A DNA stretch of 64,000 nt from Lama glama. Its lineage: Eukaryota. The stretch is from contig CM052817.1 of the NCBI GenBank assembly GCA_028534125.1, positions 64,358,001 through 64,422,000 on the forward strand, written 5' to 3'. The notes beneath the pieces were generated by a model. The model had not been told where the DNA came from. It did no database searches and was given only the letters and a program-made list of their open reading frames with translations. Shown piece after piece: positions 24,311 through 36,019 of this stretch (position 1 is its first letter; each line of letters begins with the position of its first letter). Made by a program: the position numbers and the translations under genes.

Positions 24311-25224
24311 GACCCGTGTGGTAGGATCTGCACTATGGAAGCCTCAACTCCTTGACACGTGATTTGGTGCCACCCTGCTGTCTGACCTGTTCTCTCATAC
24401 TCCCCTTCCTGCAGTCCATGGACCTCAGAGCCGGGTTCACTGGCCCCCATGCCCGGCAGCGCCCTCCAGGTCTTTCTCCCAGAGAACCCCCTTCCGCCCA
24501 TACCCACCTGTCAACTCTCTCCGAGAATGCTAAGTTTCTTCAGGGCAGAGGCAGTGCCTTGTGCTTCTGTGTTGCCCACATCTAGTACATAGCCTGGTAT
24601 ATAATACAGGCTCAAAAAGTTTTTTGAATAAAACAAAACAAAACAGACAAAAAGAGAAACCTAGTGAATGGAGGAGGTGATGACGACATCACCAGTTGGT
24701 GCCAGAATGTCTGCTGCTTTTCGACCTGGTGACACCAGCCCTTCCTCACACAGTCCACACACGAATTACATGCTGTCCTTAAATGTCATCTTATCACCTT
24801 CTTCCCCTCTTCAAAGCCACCCGCTCATGACTTCGCCTAAACCAAAAGGTCAGGAGGAGGGAGAGCACAAGTACACTTGCCCCTCGCCCCTCTCTACCCC
24901 GGGGCCCCTTGAGAAACAGCCTCTTAGTTTACTTGAGAAAAAAGAAAATGAAGAGTGGACTATGAGAGAAATGACAGAGGAGGATAATTACTGATGTGGG
25001 ATCAAAGATCAAACTTAGTTTGTGAAAAACTAGAGTAAAATCACATTTTGGGGATAGTTATTAAACCAAAGAAGTGTCTTGAAAACTTGACTGTTTACAA
25101 CTTGTGTCCAAGGACATTCTTAAGAATGAGCCTGCAGAAATATCTGGGGAAGCAGAGCTGCCCCAAGAGTCCAGGCATGTTCACCAGACACGAGGGTCTA
25201 GAATGTGCATCTAATTCTAAGTAT

Positions 25225-25510
25225 GCATTTACTGAACAGTCACTGTGTGGGGAACACCATCCTAGGCTCTTAGCTTCAAGCTACTGTATATTGAACCTGC
25301 CACGGTGCTAGGAAATAAGAAATATCATCTCATGTCATCCTTCCCGCAACCCCAGTGAGGCAGGCATCACTAGCCCCACTTTACAAATAAGCAAATTGAG
25401 TCTCATGGAAGGTAAACAGTTGCACAAGCTCCCACAAGTTTTAAGTGGCAGAACAGGACTTGAACCCAGGTTTTTCAGATACCAAATTCGTCTCTTATCT
25501 ACCTTACTTC
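25225..25510 (-). mobile_element. MIR SINE
   Basis: 'ccccactttacaaataagcaaattgagtctcatggaaggtaaacag...agtggcagaacaggacttgaacccagg'. Confidence 0.75.
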
Positions 25511-26369
25511 ACAGGGAAGACTTTGCAGTACAAAGGAAGAAACATGAAACAGCCACAGGGCAGGATGATACACGACAAAGTATTCATTTTAAACATTGAT
25601 AAAAAGTTGCTGATTTCTGACAGCTCCCTAAAGCAGAAATTATGATCAACTCACTCACATCTGGAGACAAATTAACAATGAGTCAATATTAAGTGTGTAC
25701 TTTTGGCTAAATCCTATACAAGTTGTCTTTAGACACATTAAGCAAATTTTCTTTACAGTGATCTGTGAAATAGGTATTATTATTAATGCCCTCAATTTAC
25801 AGAAAAGGTTAATCAGTTATTTGGAGCTGTGTTTTTCCAAAGTGTGGCTTGAAATGTGGCTAGAACTCTGTAATAGGTTCTCTTCCCATCAGGTTGTTGG
25901 GACAGTAGGATGTTGGTTGGAGCCGTGGTCCATCATTGCCCCCATTTGGTGAGAGTGTATCTGAGAACGAAGCCAAGGTGGTGAAAAGCATGCGGGGATG
26001 GTGGAGAGAGACAGGCTCCACATGATGTTTGAGCCTCTGAATCTTGCTGTGCTTGGAGCTGGACCTGCTTTTGCATTTCTCCTGATCTGCTTAACTTGGT
26101 ATGAATTAAGTACTCGTCACTTTCAAAAGAAAGGGTAACTAACAGAGCTATCACATATCAGGGACTTACTCTGTACCAGGTCCTTCAAGTATGTTAAAAT
26201 ATAAACTGTGTGATGGCAGGGACTTGTCTATTTTTATCCACATCACTTATCACCATTTACTCTGCTACATATTCAATTGGCTTCTGTATATCCCTACCTT
26301 TCACATCTGTTTCACACATTCCTCCATGTCCGGCTCTTGGTATAAAGCCTCTAGGTCGTGCTTACTGAG

Positions 26370-26680
26370 CTGAGGAGTAATGAGAGAGCTCTAAGCAGAG
26401 AAGTGATGTGACCTGACTTGCTGTACTAACAAGGTTACTTTGTGTTGAGAGGAGACCTGAGGGGGTGAAGAGAGGAAAAAAGGAAACCAATTTGAAGGTT
26501 ATGGCAATATCCAGGCAAGAGATGATGGTGACTTGGACAGGGTGAAAGCAAAGGAGCCAGTGGGGAGTGGCCTGATACTGGAATCATTTAGAGGAAGAAT
26601 CAGCACGATTTGTTAACAAATTAAATATGGAGATGAAAAGGGCAGGAATCCAAGATAACTTCAGGGATTTTGACTTAATT
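26370..26680 (-). mobile_element. L2 fragment
   Basis: 'taagcagagaagtgatgtgacctgacttg...tccaggcaagagatgatggtgacttggacaggg'. Confidence 0.7.
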
Positions 26681-26699
26681 GTACAGGGGTCTTTTTTCT

Positions 26700-27110
26700 C
26701 TGTAAATTGATTTGTTTAAGGGTAATCATATCCTTCTTGCCAGTTATTGACTTGGGAAAAGACATGTGACCCTTGTTATGGTCAATGGGATATGACAAGA
26801 CATCTGTTGGGAGTGTCTCCATTAAAAAGCCACAGGAAGAGAGTCTCTTTTCTCTCTGGATTGGCTGTGCCTGGATATGCTACCTAGAACTTCTGCACCC
26901 TTTTGATACCAGCCTGAGGATGAGGCCAACCAGGAGACTGGCAGAGCTGAGAGGGAGAAAGAACCAGCATTCTGGGTGACACCAGGAAGCCACTGAGTCA
27001 ACCAAGCCTAGCACTGAACCTCCTGATTATGAGATATTTTATTGGTGCATTATTTAAGACAGCTTAAGGCAGGATTTTTGTTACTTACAACCTAAAGCAT
27101 CCTGAGCCAG
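26700..27110 (+). mobile_element. Old MaLR LTR (MLT1J/K-like)
   Basis: 'catgtgacccttgttatggtcaatggga...ttttgttacttacaacctaaagcatcctga'. Confidence 0.65.
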
Positions 27111-27381
27111 GACCCACTTTTGTACATTTTACAGTTTTACAGGTTTCTTTTTAGAATGAAGTACCAAAGGATTTAGAAATGTTTCCAATGTGTACAAAAC
27201 AATATATCCTACATTATTACAGTCTTGGCTGGAGGAAAAAGGTTTGATAGAGGGGAAAAGGCTGGATAGGAAACCAATTCCACGGTTATAGCAGGCAACA
27301 AATTATATGTCCATTGATTTATGACATGAAAGGAAACAAATCAGTTGAGGAACTGTGAGTGCAAAGCTACGGTGCCCTTGA

Positions 27382-27648
27382 GCAGTGTTTTTCCAACTGC
27401 AGTTTGTGACCTGCTCATAGGTCATGTGAACAATTTAGTGGGTCTAGCATTTTAAAAATGGAATGGAACAAACAGAATAGGACAGAATAGAAAAGAATAG
27501 AATAGAAAATACCAGAATACACGGTGAGGATTATTACCTCTCAGAACACTTGTTTCAGTTATATACTTACGTATGTGTCTACCGAGTCGCCATGTACAGT
27601 GTAGGCCTTATTGTGGGTCATGGCCAACAGGGTTTGAGCAATACCGTC
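27382..27648 (+). mobile_element. hAT-Charlie MITE (MER112-like) with internal (AATAG)n
   Basis: 'cagtgtttttccaactgcag...aatttagtgggtc...aatagaatagaaaata...ttattgtgggtcatggccaa...tttgagcaataccg'. Confidence 0.7.
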
Positions 27649-28099
27649 CCTCTTTACACACAGTCCTCTAAACCACCAGCACTGACTGGTTGATTTAATT
27701 ATACAAATAAATCTAACATTTTTTTTCTAATGAAAAATATTCTCATCAAGTGACTACAATAAAATGTTCCCTCTCAAAAATGGTGCCCCAGATGCACGGA
27801 GCCACAGGGGATCCAGGACACCAGCTGAGCCCCTGCGAGCTCCTTGGGTCTCAGCCTGAGTCGCTTGGTGGAGCTTGCTCTTGCATTCCTTCTCTCCCAG
27901 GGACCTCTCTGAACACCATCTTTGGTTGTTGCCTGATTCTTGTTCCTTATGCTGACGTGGGGGGAGGAGGCAAATCAGGTTTACATCCATGGCATTGTTG
28001 GTGAAAGTACCCTCGTATTGGTGTAGATTCATATTAAAGCTGATTTTTTTTTTAAATTCTAAAGAGATTAGAAGTCATTCCCCAAATTTCAACTCCCAG

Positions 28100-28700
28100 T
28101 AGTTAATTGTTCATTAAGGAGTCCATCATGAGCACAGATTCCCATCAAGTGGCCCCACTCGTTCTTAGTGTTCCTATGACTCACACCTGTTCATGATACG
28201 GAACGCCTGATAAGGTAAGGGACCTGTGCTCTCTATCACATCACCTCATCCCACCTCTAATTCAAGTGCAGGGGCAATGGACAGTTCCACACAGGTTTGG
28301 ACCCCGCTCCGGTACCCACCTGTAGCATCCTCAGGGCCTGTCCCAACACCTGCCACAGAACACCTGCCTGTGCGCCTGTCAGCTCACAAGTACTGGGGAC
28401 TTACCAACGCTGGCAGCAATCCTCAAAGAAGAAAGGATGCGTACTGATGGACATACACTCCAGCCTCCTGTTCTTCAGGGGAAAATTCCAGGAGAAGCAT
28501 ATGTTCCTCAGAGGTCCTTGAATCTCAGAAATTGAATCTGCATTGCCTGCAGCTAGACCTTGGTAAGACACCTTACATTGACCTTCCCTCCTTCCCTGCC
28601 CCACTCTCCCTTTTCCCTCCCTCCTACTCCTTGGGATAACCTCCCAAACAAAACACCTGCACCCAGTTCCTTGGGTTCCTTTAGGGGAACTAAAACTCCT
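28100..28700 (+). mobile_element. Old ERVL-type LTR (LTR16-like)
   Basis: 3' end 'ccttgggataacctcccaaacaaaacacctgcacccagttcc...tttaggggaactaaaac'. Confidence 0.6.
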
Positions 28701-29879
28701 CTAGGGGAACTAAAAGAGAATCTAAACTATGCAGAATCTAACTGACTTAAGGAAACACACATCTGAAGGAATTATTTCATGAACCCAAACAAAGCCTTTG
28801 CAATATGATATACTTATATACAGTGTTTTTAAAAGAATAGGAAGGGATTTGGTAACAGAAATACTGGGCGGGATTGGGGGGGATAGTCATCCCTGGAAGA
28901 ACAAAAGAAATTGAGGTGGAAATTTAGAAATCTTATAGAAGAGAGGTTGGTTGTCTCTGAATCCACTTCTTATCCACCTGGGAGCTGAAAAAGTGAAAAA
29001 GTGGGTGGGCAGTGCTAGCGAGAAGCAGAAAGGCACACGTGGGGTACCCTTAACCCCACTATCTCTTCAGAGAGACGCCAACAAATGCGAGTTACTTTTT
29101 CACACTAGATCGTTTATCTCCAGGTGACACTAGGGAACTAGAACGTGAAAATCCATTCTGGGAACAGTCTTCTACAGATAAGGATCCAAAAGAAAAAAAG
29201 GGGAAAAAAATCAGAAAAATAAGTAATTTAAAAAATTTTATAAATACCAGATTATATTTTTAATTTAGAAAAATCACTAATTTTAAGACATTTGGAAGGC
29301 AATTGAATCAATAAAAACTCCAAGGTACAAAATGTATTTGCATGTCAAAACGTAATATCATCTTTTAAGTTGATTTTATAGTAGGAAGGAGGTGATATAT
29401 TACTTCTGTTTATATTTCTGAATCTATGTAATAATAATGAAATGCAACCTAAGTTTATATTGTATTTTACTGGACTTTATGTTAGCAAATTAAAACTTAA
29501 AAACAGGAAAGAAAACATAATACAATCTTCAGATTACAGTCTGGTTTACTAAACCAATGCTTAAAAGGGTTCTCAGACAATCTGGTTTAGTAAAAAGTTA
29601 AAAACAGCTTATAATATGTGATATTGGGTATTTTTTCAGTTAATGAATCTTTGAAATAGTATTTTTTGTAAGGATTTAAAATATCTTTCTGTGCATCCCT
29701 TTACATTATTTGTGAAGAAAAAGATATTTTTAAAGTGGTAAATCCTTATTCAACCTTGTTTTAGAATATCGCAAATGATGCTTTAGTGATGTCTGGATTA
29801 ATGAATTTCTCCTGCCCTGACACGGACTGACAGAGTGTGACACACAAAAGCTGAGAACCTATAATTTTTTTCTGTATTT

Positions 29880-30350
29880 AACATTGGTCAGGCCCCTATT
29901 AGCGTTGAATCAAGTTTTGGTTTCGGAATATCTAGAGAGCTGTAGAGGAGTTGGAAAAGGTCCAAAGAGAAGCAGCAAAAAACATTAAGAGAAGGGAGGA
30001 GAAGACCTCTGAGGAAAGGTTAAAGACTCTGAACTGGCTTCGCCTTGAAAATTGCAGGCCAAGGACTGATTTAATAACTTTCTTCGAGAAAAGGATGGTT
30101 TATTTGGAGGAGGATGCTAGCTGGCTTTTCTCCATCTCTATAGAGATGAAAACCAAACAAAATTGGATTAGAATGCAACAAGAGAGTTCTCCATGACCTA
30201 AGGCAGAACTCAGCTGCAAAGGTGATTAAACTCTGTCATTACCATCGCTGGAGAGCTTTGAAAATACATTCAACAGCCATTAGCTCTGGGTAGTTTAGGC
30301 AACTTATTCAAGAAGGAAATCCCTTTCAACTCTATATTCCCATGTATTTG
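29880..30350 (+). mobile_element. CR1/L3 LINE 3' fragment (ORF2 C-terminus)
   Basis: Translation LVRPLL...LEKVQREAAKNIK...SEERLKTLNWLRLENCRPRTDLITFF matches the CR1 motif LVRP.LEY...LE.VQRRATKMI.GL...[24 protein letters not shown]; CR1-like end 'ccctttcaactctatattc'. Confidence 0.85.
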
Positions 30351-31001
30351 AATTCTTAAAGCCAAGTTAAAATGTTTAGCTAGTGCAGAGAGAAGACCAG
30401 ATTTCCCACATTTGGTAACAAGGTCACCAGAATATATCGTCTTTCATTCTGAAGCTAGAAAGATTTAACATAAAATGAATATTAGCCATATGCTGAAGTA
30501 ATGCAGTTCTCAGAGTTGGTCTGCAAATATTACTAATAAAAGTAGTATTTCCCAAATTTTGTAAAGAAATTAATAGAAACCACATTGAAACATATCTAAG
30601 AGAAACTGTGATGTAATAATATTCATTACACATCTGCTGTTTCAAGCAATGTGCTAGGCAATGGAGATTCCAAGTCAAATCTGACATGGTCACTGACCCC
30701 TGGGGTGTTTGCAATCTGGTGACGAGAGTGACATGTTACTGGCTAATCCTAAAATAATGAGAACCAAGGAGGGCTGTGGGAGCACCTGGGTAGAACTCCT
30801 AGTCAGGAATGGCACAAGAGATGTTTTAAGTATAACTGTGAGTTATTAACTGGATCCCGTGGTGTTCTCTGACTCATTTTAGTAAAGAATGAATTGTTTT
30901 TAATTACTTATTTTGAGTTGATGTTTCTTAGAGAGTGACTATGCTGGACTGGACCATGTGGGCCCCCAGCTTTAATTTGGGACATACAACATATGATTGC
31001 A

Positions 31002-31102
31002 GTGGGGGAGGGTAATAGCTCAGTGGTAGAGTTTATGCTCAGCATGCACCAGGTCCTGGGTTCAATTCCCAGTGCCTCCATTAAAACAAAAAAACAAACA
31101 AA
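31002..31102 (+). mobile_element. tRNA-Ala-derived SINE (vic-1 type, short form)
   Basis: 'gggggagggtaatagctcagtggtagag...ggtcctgggttcaattcccagtgcctcca', A tail, perfect 14-bp TSD aacatatgattgca at 30988-31001 and 31103-31116. Confidence 0.92.
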
Positions 31103-31839
31103 AACATATGATTGCAAACTGTGCTATGTGTTATGAAGGAAAAGTACAGGGAACTCTAAGAAGGGGTATTTTGGGAAAGCTTCCTGAGAAGAGGGCCTGC
31201 GGATGAGCTTTGGAAATAGATTAGGTGTAAAATTGGCACAGGAAAGATTTCTTAAAAAGAAGGTGGATGTTAAAAGAAGAATATAATACCAAAAACGAAT
31301 ATGTGTTCAGTGCTGTGTGCGAGGCACTGTACCAAGTGCTTCATCAGAGTGATTTCATTTAACCATTATGACTTCCCTCATTTACTCATGCTTCAGACTT
31401 TTGAGCACCTGCTGTGTTCCAGGGACTGTGCATGCAATGGTGAGCTGAATAAACACAGGTTCTTTTCTCCTAGAGCTTAGCCCAGTGGGGATGCTATACA
31501 ATAATCAAATAATCAGGAAAGTGTGATAAATGGAAAAGAAAAAAAGTTGTTAATTACAATATTAGCAATTTCCTTCACTCAAAAATCAAAGAGAATTCTA
31601 CTTTTTTCTTCTAAGCTTCTCCCATCACACTCCCTCCCCTGCTTCACTCCATGAAAAATTCTTTCTCTGTCAGCTGGGTTCCTGAGCTGTTCTGTTGCCA
31701 AATCCAATTGACGGGAAAAAAGACTAGACTTTAGAAGTAAGGGTGAGCAATTTGTCCAAGAAAAGAAACAACAGAGGCCGATGGAAATGATTTATTAAAA
31801 GATAAAATAAAATGTCTAAACTATTGCTTTTTACAATTT

Positions 31840-32060
31840 TCATTGAGTATCTTATTATATTTCAAGAATAGTTCAATGTACTTTACTAGTATTCTCTTAT
31901 AGTGCTCCCCAAAACAATGGGAGAGCTAACTTTATCCCCATTTTTCAGATATGAAAACGGAGGCATAAAGAAGTTAAGTAACTTGTACAAGTTTACATAT
32001 TTAATAAGCGGTATAACCAGGTTTCAAAACCAGGTGGTGTGACCCCAGAGTCCATACCAG
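31840..32060 (-). mobile_element. MIR SINE
   Basis: 'ttatccccatttttcagatatgaaaacggaggcataaagaagttaagtaacttg'. Confidence 0.8.
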
Positions 32061-32659
32061 CTACAAGACAGACAATTCTTGGGATAGTAATCCAAAATGA
32101 TTGAAAGTGAGAGGAATGGCAAAATAGATGTTATTAAGTATAACTGAGTTATTAACTGGCTCCCTTGGTATTCTCTGACTGATCTTTAGTAAAGAATGAA
32201 TTGCTTTTAATTACATGCTTTGTGTTGATGTTTACTAGGAAGTAACTGTGCTAGGACTGGACCATGTGGGTCCTCAGTTTTAAATTGGGACATACAACAT
32301 ATGACTGCAAACTGTGCTATGTATTATGAAGGAAAAGTACAGGGAACTCTAACAGTGCAGGCAGGGGTTGCTGATTAGGCCTACAGGGTCAGGGAAGCTC
32401 TCTGAGGAAGTCCCATTTGAGCCTGTTCGAAGGTTGAGTAATGGCTCCCTGGGTGGTAAGTGTGGGGGGTCGGAGGGAAGGCTTATTCCAGGTAGAGGCA
32501 ACCACATGTGCAAAGGCAGTGAGGAGAGGGTGGGGTGGAACTTCGAAAAACCAGAAGATGATACAGAACTGGAGCACTGACGGAGAAGGGAGATGAGCGC
32601 CAGACAGGGGTGGTGGGGTAGGCAGGGATGTTAGATCTTGGTAAACATTCCCTGAGGCA

Positions 32660-32908
32660 AGAAACAGTGAAAGAGAGCCAGGTTTGAAATGTTCATTCAG
32701 ATTTGTCTAATTTTTCAGTCTTCAGAGATAAGGATAGTCCTTTCCTCCAGGTATAGGAAGGGCACCATTCACATGAAGGTCTTATGATATGCTTGGGGGA
32801 AAATCAGAAAGTCCTTCCTGCACCAGCAGTATCTCAGATTCCCTCAGCTTGAAATATTCAATATGCTAAGGTGCCATATTTTGGGATGTTATATCCCAAA
32901 CCTCATCA
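32660..32908 (-). mobile_element. ERV1 LTR fragment (MER31-like)
   Basis: 'ttccctcagcttgaaatattcaatatgctaaggtgccatattttgggatg...aacctcatca'. Confidence 0.65.
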
Positions 32909-32914
32909 ATGGGA

Positions 32915-33095
32915 AGGTGGAGTCCAGAGCCAGGCTGGCTGGGTTTGAACCCCAGCTTCATCTCTCATTAGTTGTGTGCCTCTGGGAAAGTATTGACCTT
33001 TTTGTGCCTCAGTTTTTCTCATCTGTAAAATGGGGTTAATAATACTTATAATATACACAACTGTATCAGGATCAAATGAGTTAACACATGAATAT
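32915..33095 (+). mobile_element. MIR SINE
   Basis: 'ctgggtttgaaccccagct...tgtgcctcagtttttctcatctgtaaaatgggg'. Confidence 0.85.
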
Positions 33096-33133
33096 GTGCT
33101 GTTATTATCACCAGGCGACTTTGGATTAAAACC

Positions 33134-33295
33134 TTTTTTCTTTTTTTTTTTTTTACTTTTTTTTAGGGGGGAAGGGGAGGTAATTAGGTTCATTTTTATT
33201 TATTTATTTATTTTTTAATGGAGGTCCCGGGGATTGAACCCAGGACCTCGTGCATGCTAAACACATGCTCTACCACTGAGCTACAACCTCCCCCA
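33134..33295 (-). mobile_element. tRNA-Ala-derived SINE (vic-1 type)
   Basis: 'tggaggtcccggggattgaacccaggacctcgtgcatgctaaacacatgctctaccactgagctac'; probable TSD accaggc(g/a)actt at 33110-33121 and 33296-33307. Confidence 0.92.
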
Positions 33296-34409
33296 ACCAG
33301 GCAACTTGAGATGGACATTTAGGTATGAGTAAACTTCTGTGGTGGGGGAGGTGTGTCAGTGGCTGAAGCAGTATTCAAGAAGGATAAGTATGGGAAAGTG
33401 GAGGGTGCTCAGAAAACTACTGGTTTTCCAGTTTGGCTGAGGCAGAGGGTATACATTAGGAACAAAAGACACAGAAGTTAGAGTGTTTGGTGAGTATCAT
33501 ATAAGATGCTCAGGTGGGGAATGTCTACTTGATTCCAAGGAGGCTATAAGAATGTCTGAAAGTTTTTGAGTGGGAATATAATAAGACTAGGGTTGTATGT
33601 GGGGAAAAGTAATCTAGCAGTCACATATTACAAATTATTGTGGGAAAGACTGACTTTGCACTCACTGAGAAACCTTCTTGCTAGAAATTTTTTTCCTTTG
33701 TAGACTCTGATACTGGTAAGCAAGTACCTTGAGCAGCTGACAAAATATGCTGGTCTATTTGGCAGTCGTATTTCTCAGAGTAAATTAAATCTATGGTTCA
33801 TAAATCAGTCCATTTGGGTATCCATCAATTGACTTGCTTACTACTTTAAAATGCATTTCCTTCTAGATGGATCTAAGAACACTTACAAACATGTGCAAAT
33901 ACATCAGTTAAATAAATCAGAAAGGAAAATCAAAAACCATATAGGGGAAATGGGAAAGCAATTATCTGGGATCAGGATCAAGAATAAGATGGTAAATTCA
34001 ACTTATCGTTATATTAGCTCCAGCTTCCTAAAAGCCCAGGCATAAAGGGAATCTGAATTATGCAGTTCTTAGTGCCCGATAAAAGAAAATTTATTAGTTT
34101 TTAGGTAAGATGAGCTTTTTCTTCCTGGAGTCCAATAGAAAATTAGCATATTTTTCTAGTGAAGTCCAGTTTTCAGACAATGAAAAATCAATCTTCACAT
34201 AATCATTTCTAATGACCCTGTGGCATGAGCAGTCCTTCAGAGCCTTATAATTCCTCTGAGTTGGTAGAGAATATTTTCTGAACTGATGAAATCAAAGACT
34301 TGAAGAGAAGTATCCTGGGTGTGTGTCATATACATAAAGGGTAGAGTAGCAAGGGGAAGGCTATGTTTTATCTGTCACACAGGATGAAGTCCAGGACGTG
34401 TTCTCACCA

Positions 34410-35410
34410 CAGAAATACTATTAACGTATAAGAAAGTACAGAAAATAATGGTGAGTATCCATGCTTCCACTACCAATATTTAGCAAGTGTTTCTAAATTT
34501 TCATATTTGAATCTTTTTTTCTAAGAAATTAAGTTTTAGAGAGAGTTGAAGCCTCTTTTTCATCCTATCTGATTCCAATTGGCTCCTTGCTTCATAGAGT
34601 CAACCAGTATCTTGAAGCTGGTGTGTATCTTTTCTATCTGCATCTTTCTAGTTTTACTACAGAGGTACAATCACAGAAACAATATATAATATTGATTGGT
34701 ATCAAACTGTAGGAATTAATTCTGCAACATTTTTATCCATTATTATGTGTTTGACATTTAGTCATCAACATCTAAATGTAGATATAGTCCATTCAGTATT
34801 CTACTGTGGGGAAAAAAACCCCATATACACAATTTTGATACTCAATGAACATATGAGTTTCAATTTTCATTATTATAAATAATGCTGCACTAAACAACCT
34901 TATACATATCTCCTTGAGCACCTTTGCAAGTTTCTCTTGGCAATATACTTAAAAATGGAATTGCTGGATCAGGAGTTACGAATATCCTAAATTGTTTTAG
35001 GTAGTGTCAAATTGTTCTCCGAAGTGGCAGAACTGATTTATATCACCACCAGCAGAATATCAGAGAATACTCAGTACTTGATATTGCCATATTTTTTTTC
35101 TTTAATAAAAATGATGTGTGAAATAGTAGCTCAAGGTTTTGATTTCCAAGATTGTTGGTAAAGAATTTTATCTTTTCAAATGTTTTTTGACCCTTAAGGT
35201 ATGGTCTTCTGTGAATTGCCTTAACAAATCCTTCACCCTTTTTTATAACTGGTCACTTTTTATCCCCTACTGATTTGTAGGAGTACCATATATGGTCTTA
35301 TAATCTATATTTGAATTATGTAAGTTTTAAATATGCTCTCCTGTTTGTGACTTATTTTCAGAAATATTGGTGGTATCTTTGGTCTATAGAAGTTTTAAAT
35401 GATATAATCC
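34410..35410 (-). mobile_element. Very old L1 (L1ME-like) fragment
   Basis: 'tattataaataatgctgc', 'aaaatggaattgctggatc', 'tcttctgtgaattgcc' antisense L1 motifs. Confidence 0.6.
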
Positions 35411-36019
35411 TGAAATTTAATCTAAGACAAAACTCACCCAAATGATGCATATTTCCCACTCTTCTTAGATAAACACAATCCTCCTTTTGCTAATGTCATT
35501 ACTCTTGAGACAATAAAGTTTGGGATGAGGCATGAGATGGGCCAAAGGAAATAAACAAACCTTCAGGGCAATCTACACACAGCAGTGGTGGGGGTGGGGG
35601 TTGGGGGGTTCCTGGGGGGCTACCACATCCGGGGATCTGAAGTTATTTCTCATCAGCATAAAAAGAAATTGCTGAAAAATACAGTCTTGGGCCCCGAAGA
35701 AGACCTGAAACTTTTTTTCAAATTATATTATGCTTTAGAGAACACAGGATAAGAAGTTGGGTTTTTTTGGAAGCTTATGGCCCAGATTAGAAGGACATAA
35801 ATTTCATTTTCCAGTAAGCTTGCATTTACCTTTCCTCAATAACAGGATGTGCACAGGGCAAGGTGTGTTTACACTCGCTTGTGACAGTGCCCTGGCTCCC
35901 TTCCACTTCCTTGGACTAACATCCCTGAAGTCACTCCTCCAAAACACTTGCCGTCTCTTTCCAACAATTATCACTTAGATATCTGACAGAAAAAAAAAAA
36001 AAAGACCTAAAAAAAATGA

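Larger units (their letters stand above)
30805..32352 (+). repeat. Local ~240-bp direct duplication (30805-31159 and 32112-32352)
   Basis: Both copies run 'aggaatggca...taagtataactg...gagttattaactgg...tttagtaaagaatgaattg...ggactggaccatgtggg...gggacatacaacatatga...aactgtgctatgt...ttatgaaggaaaagtacagggaactctaa'. Confidence 0.95.
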
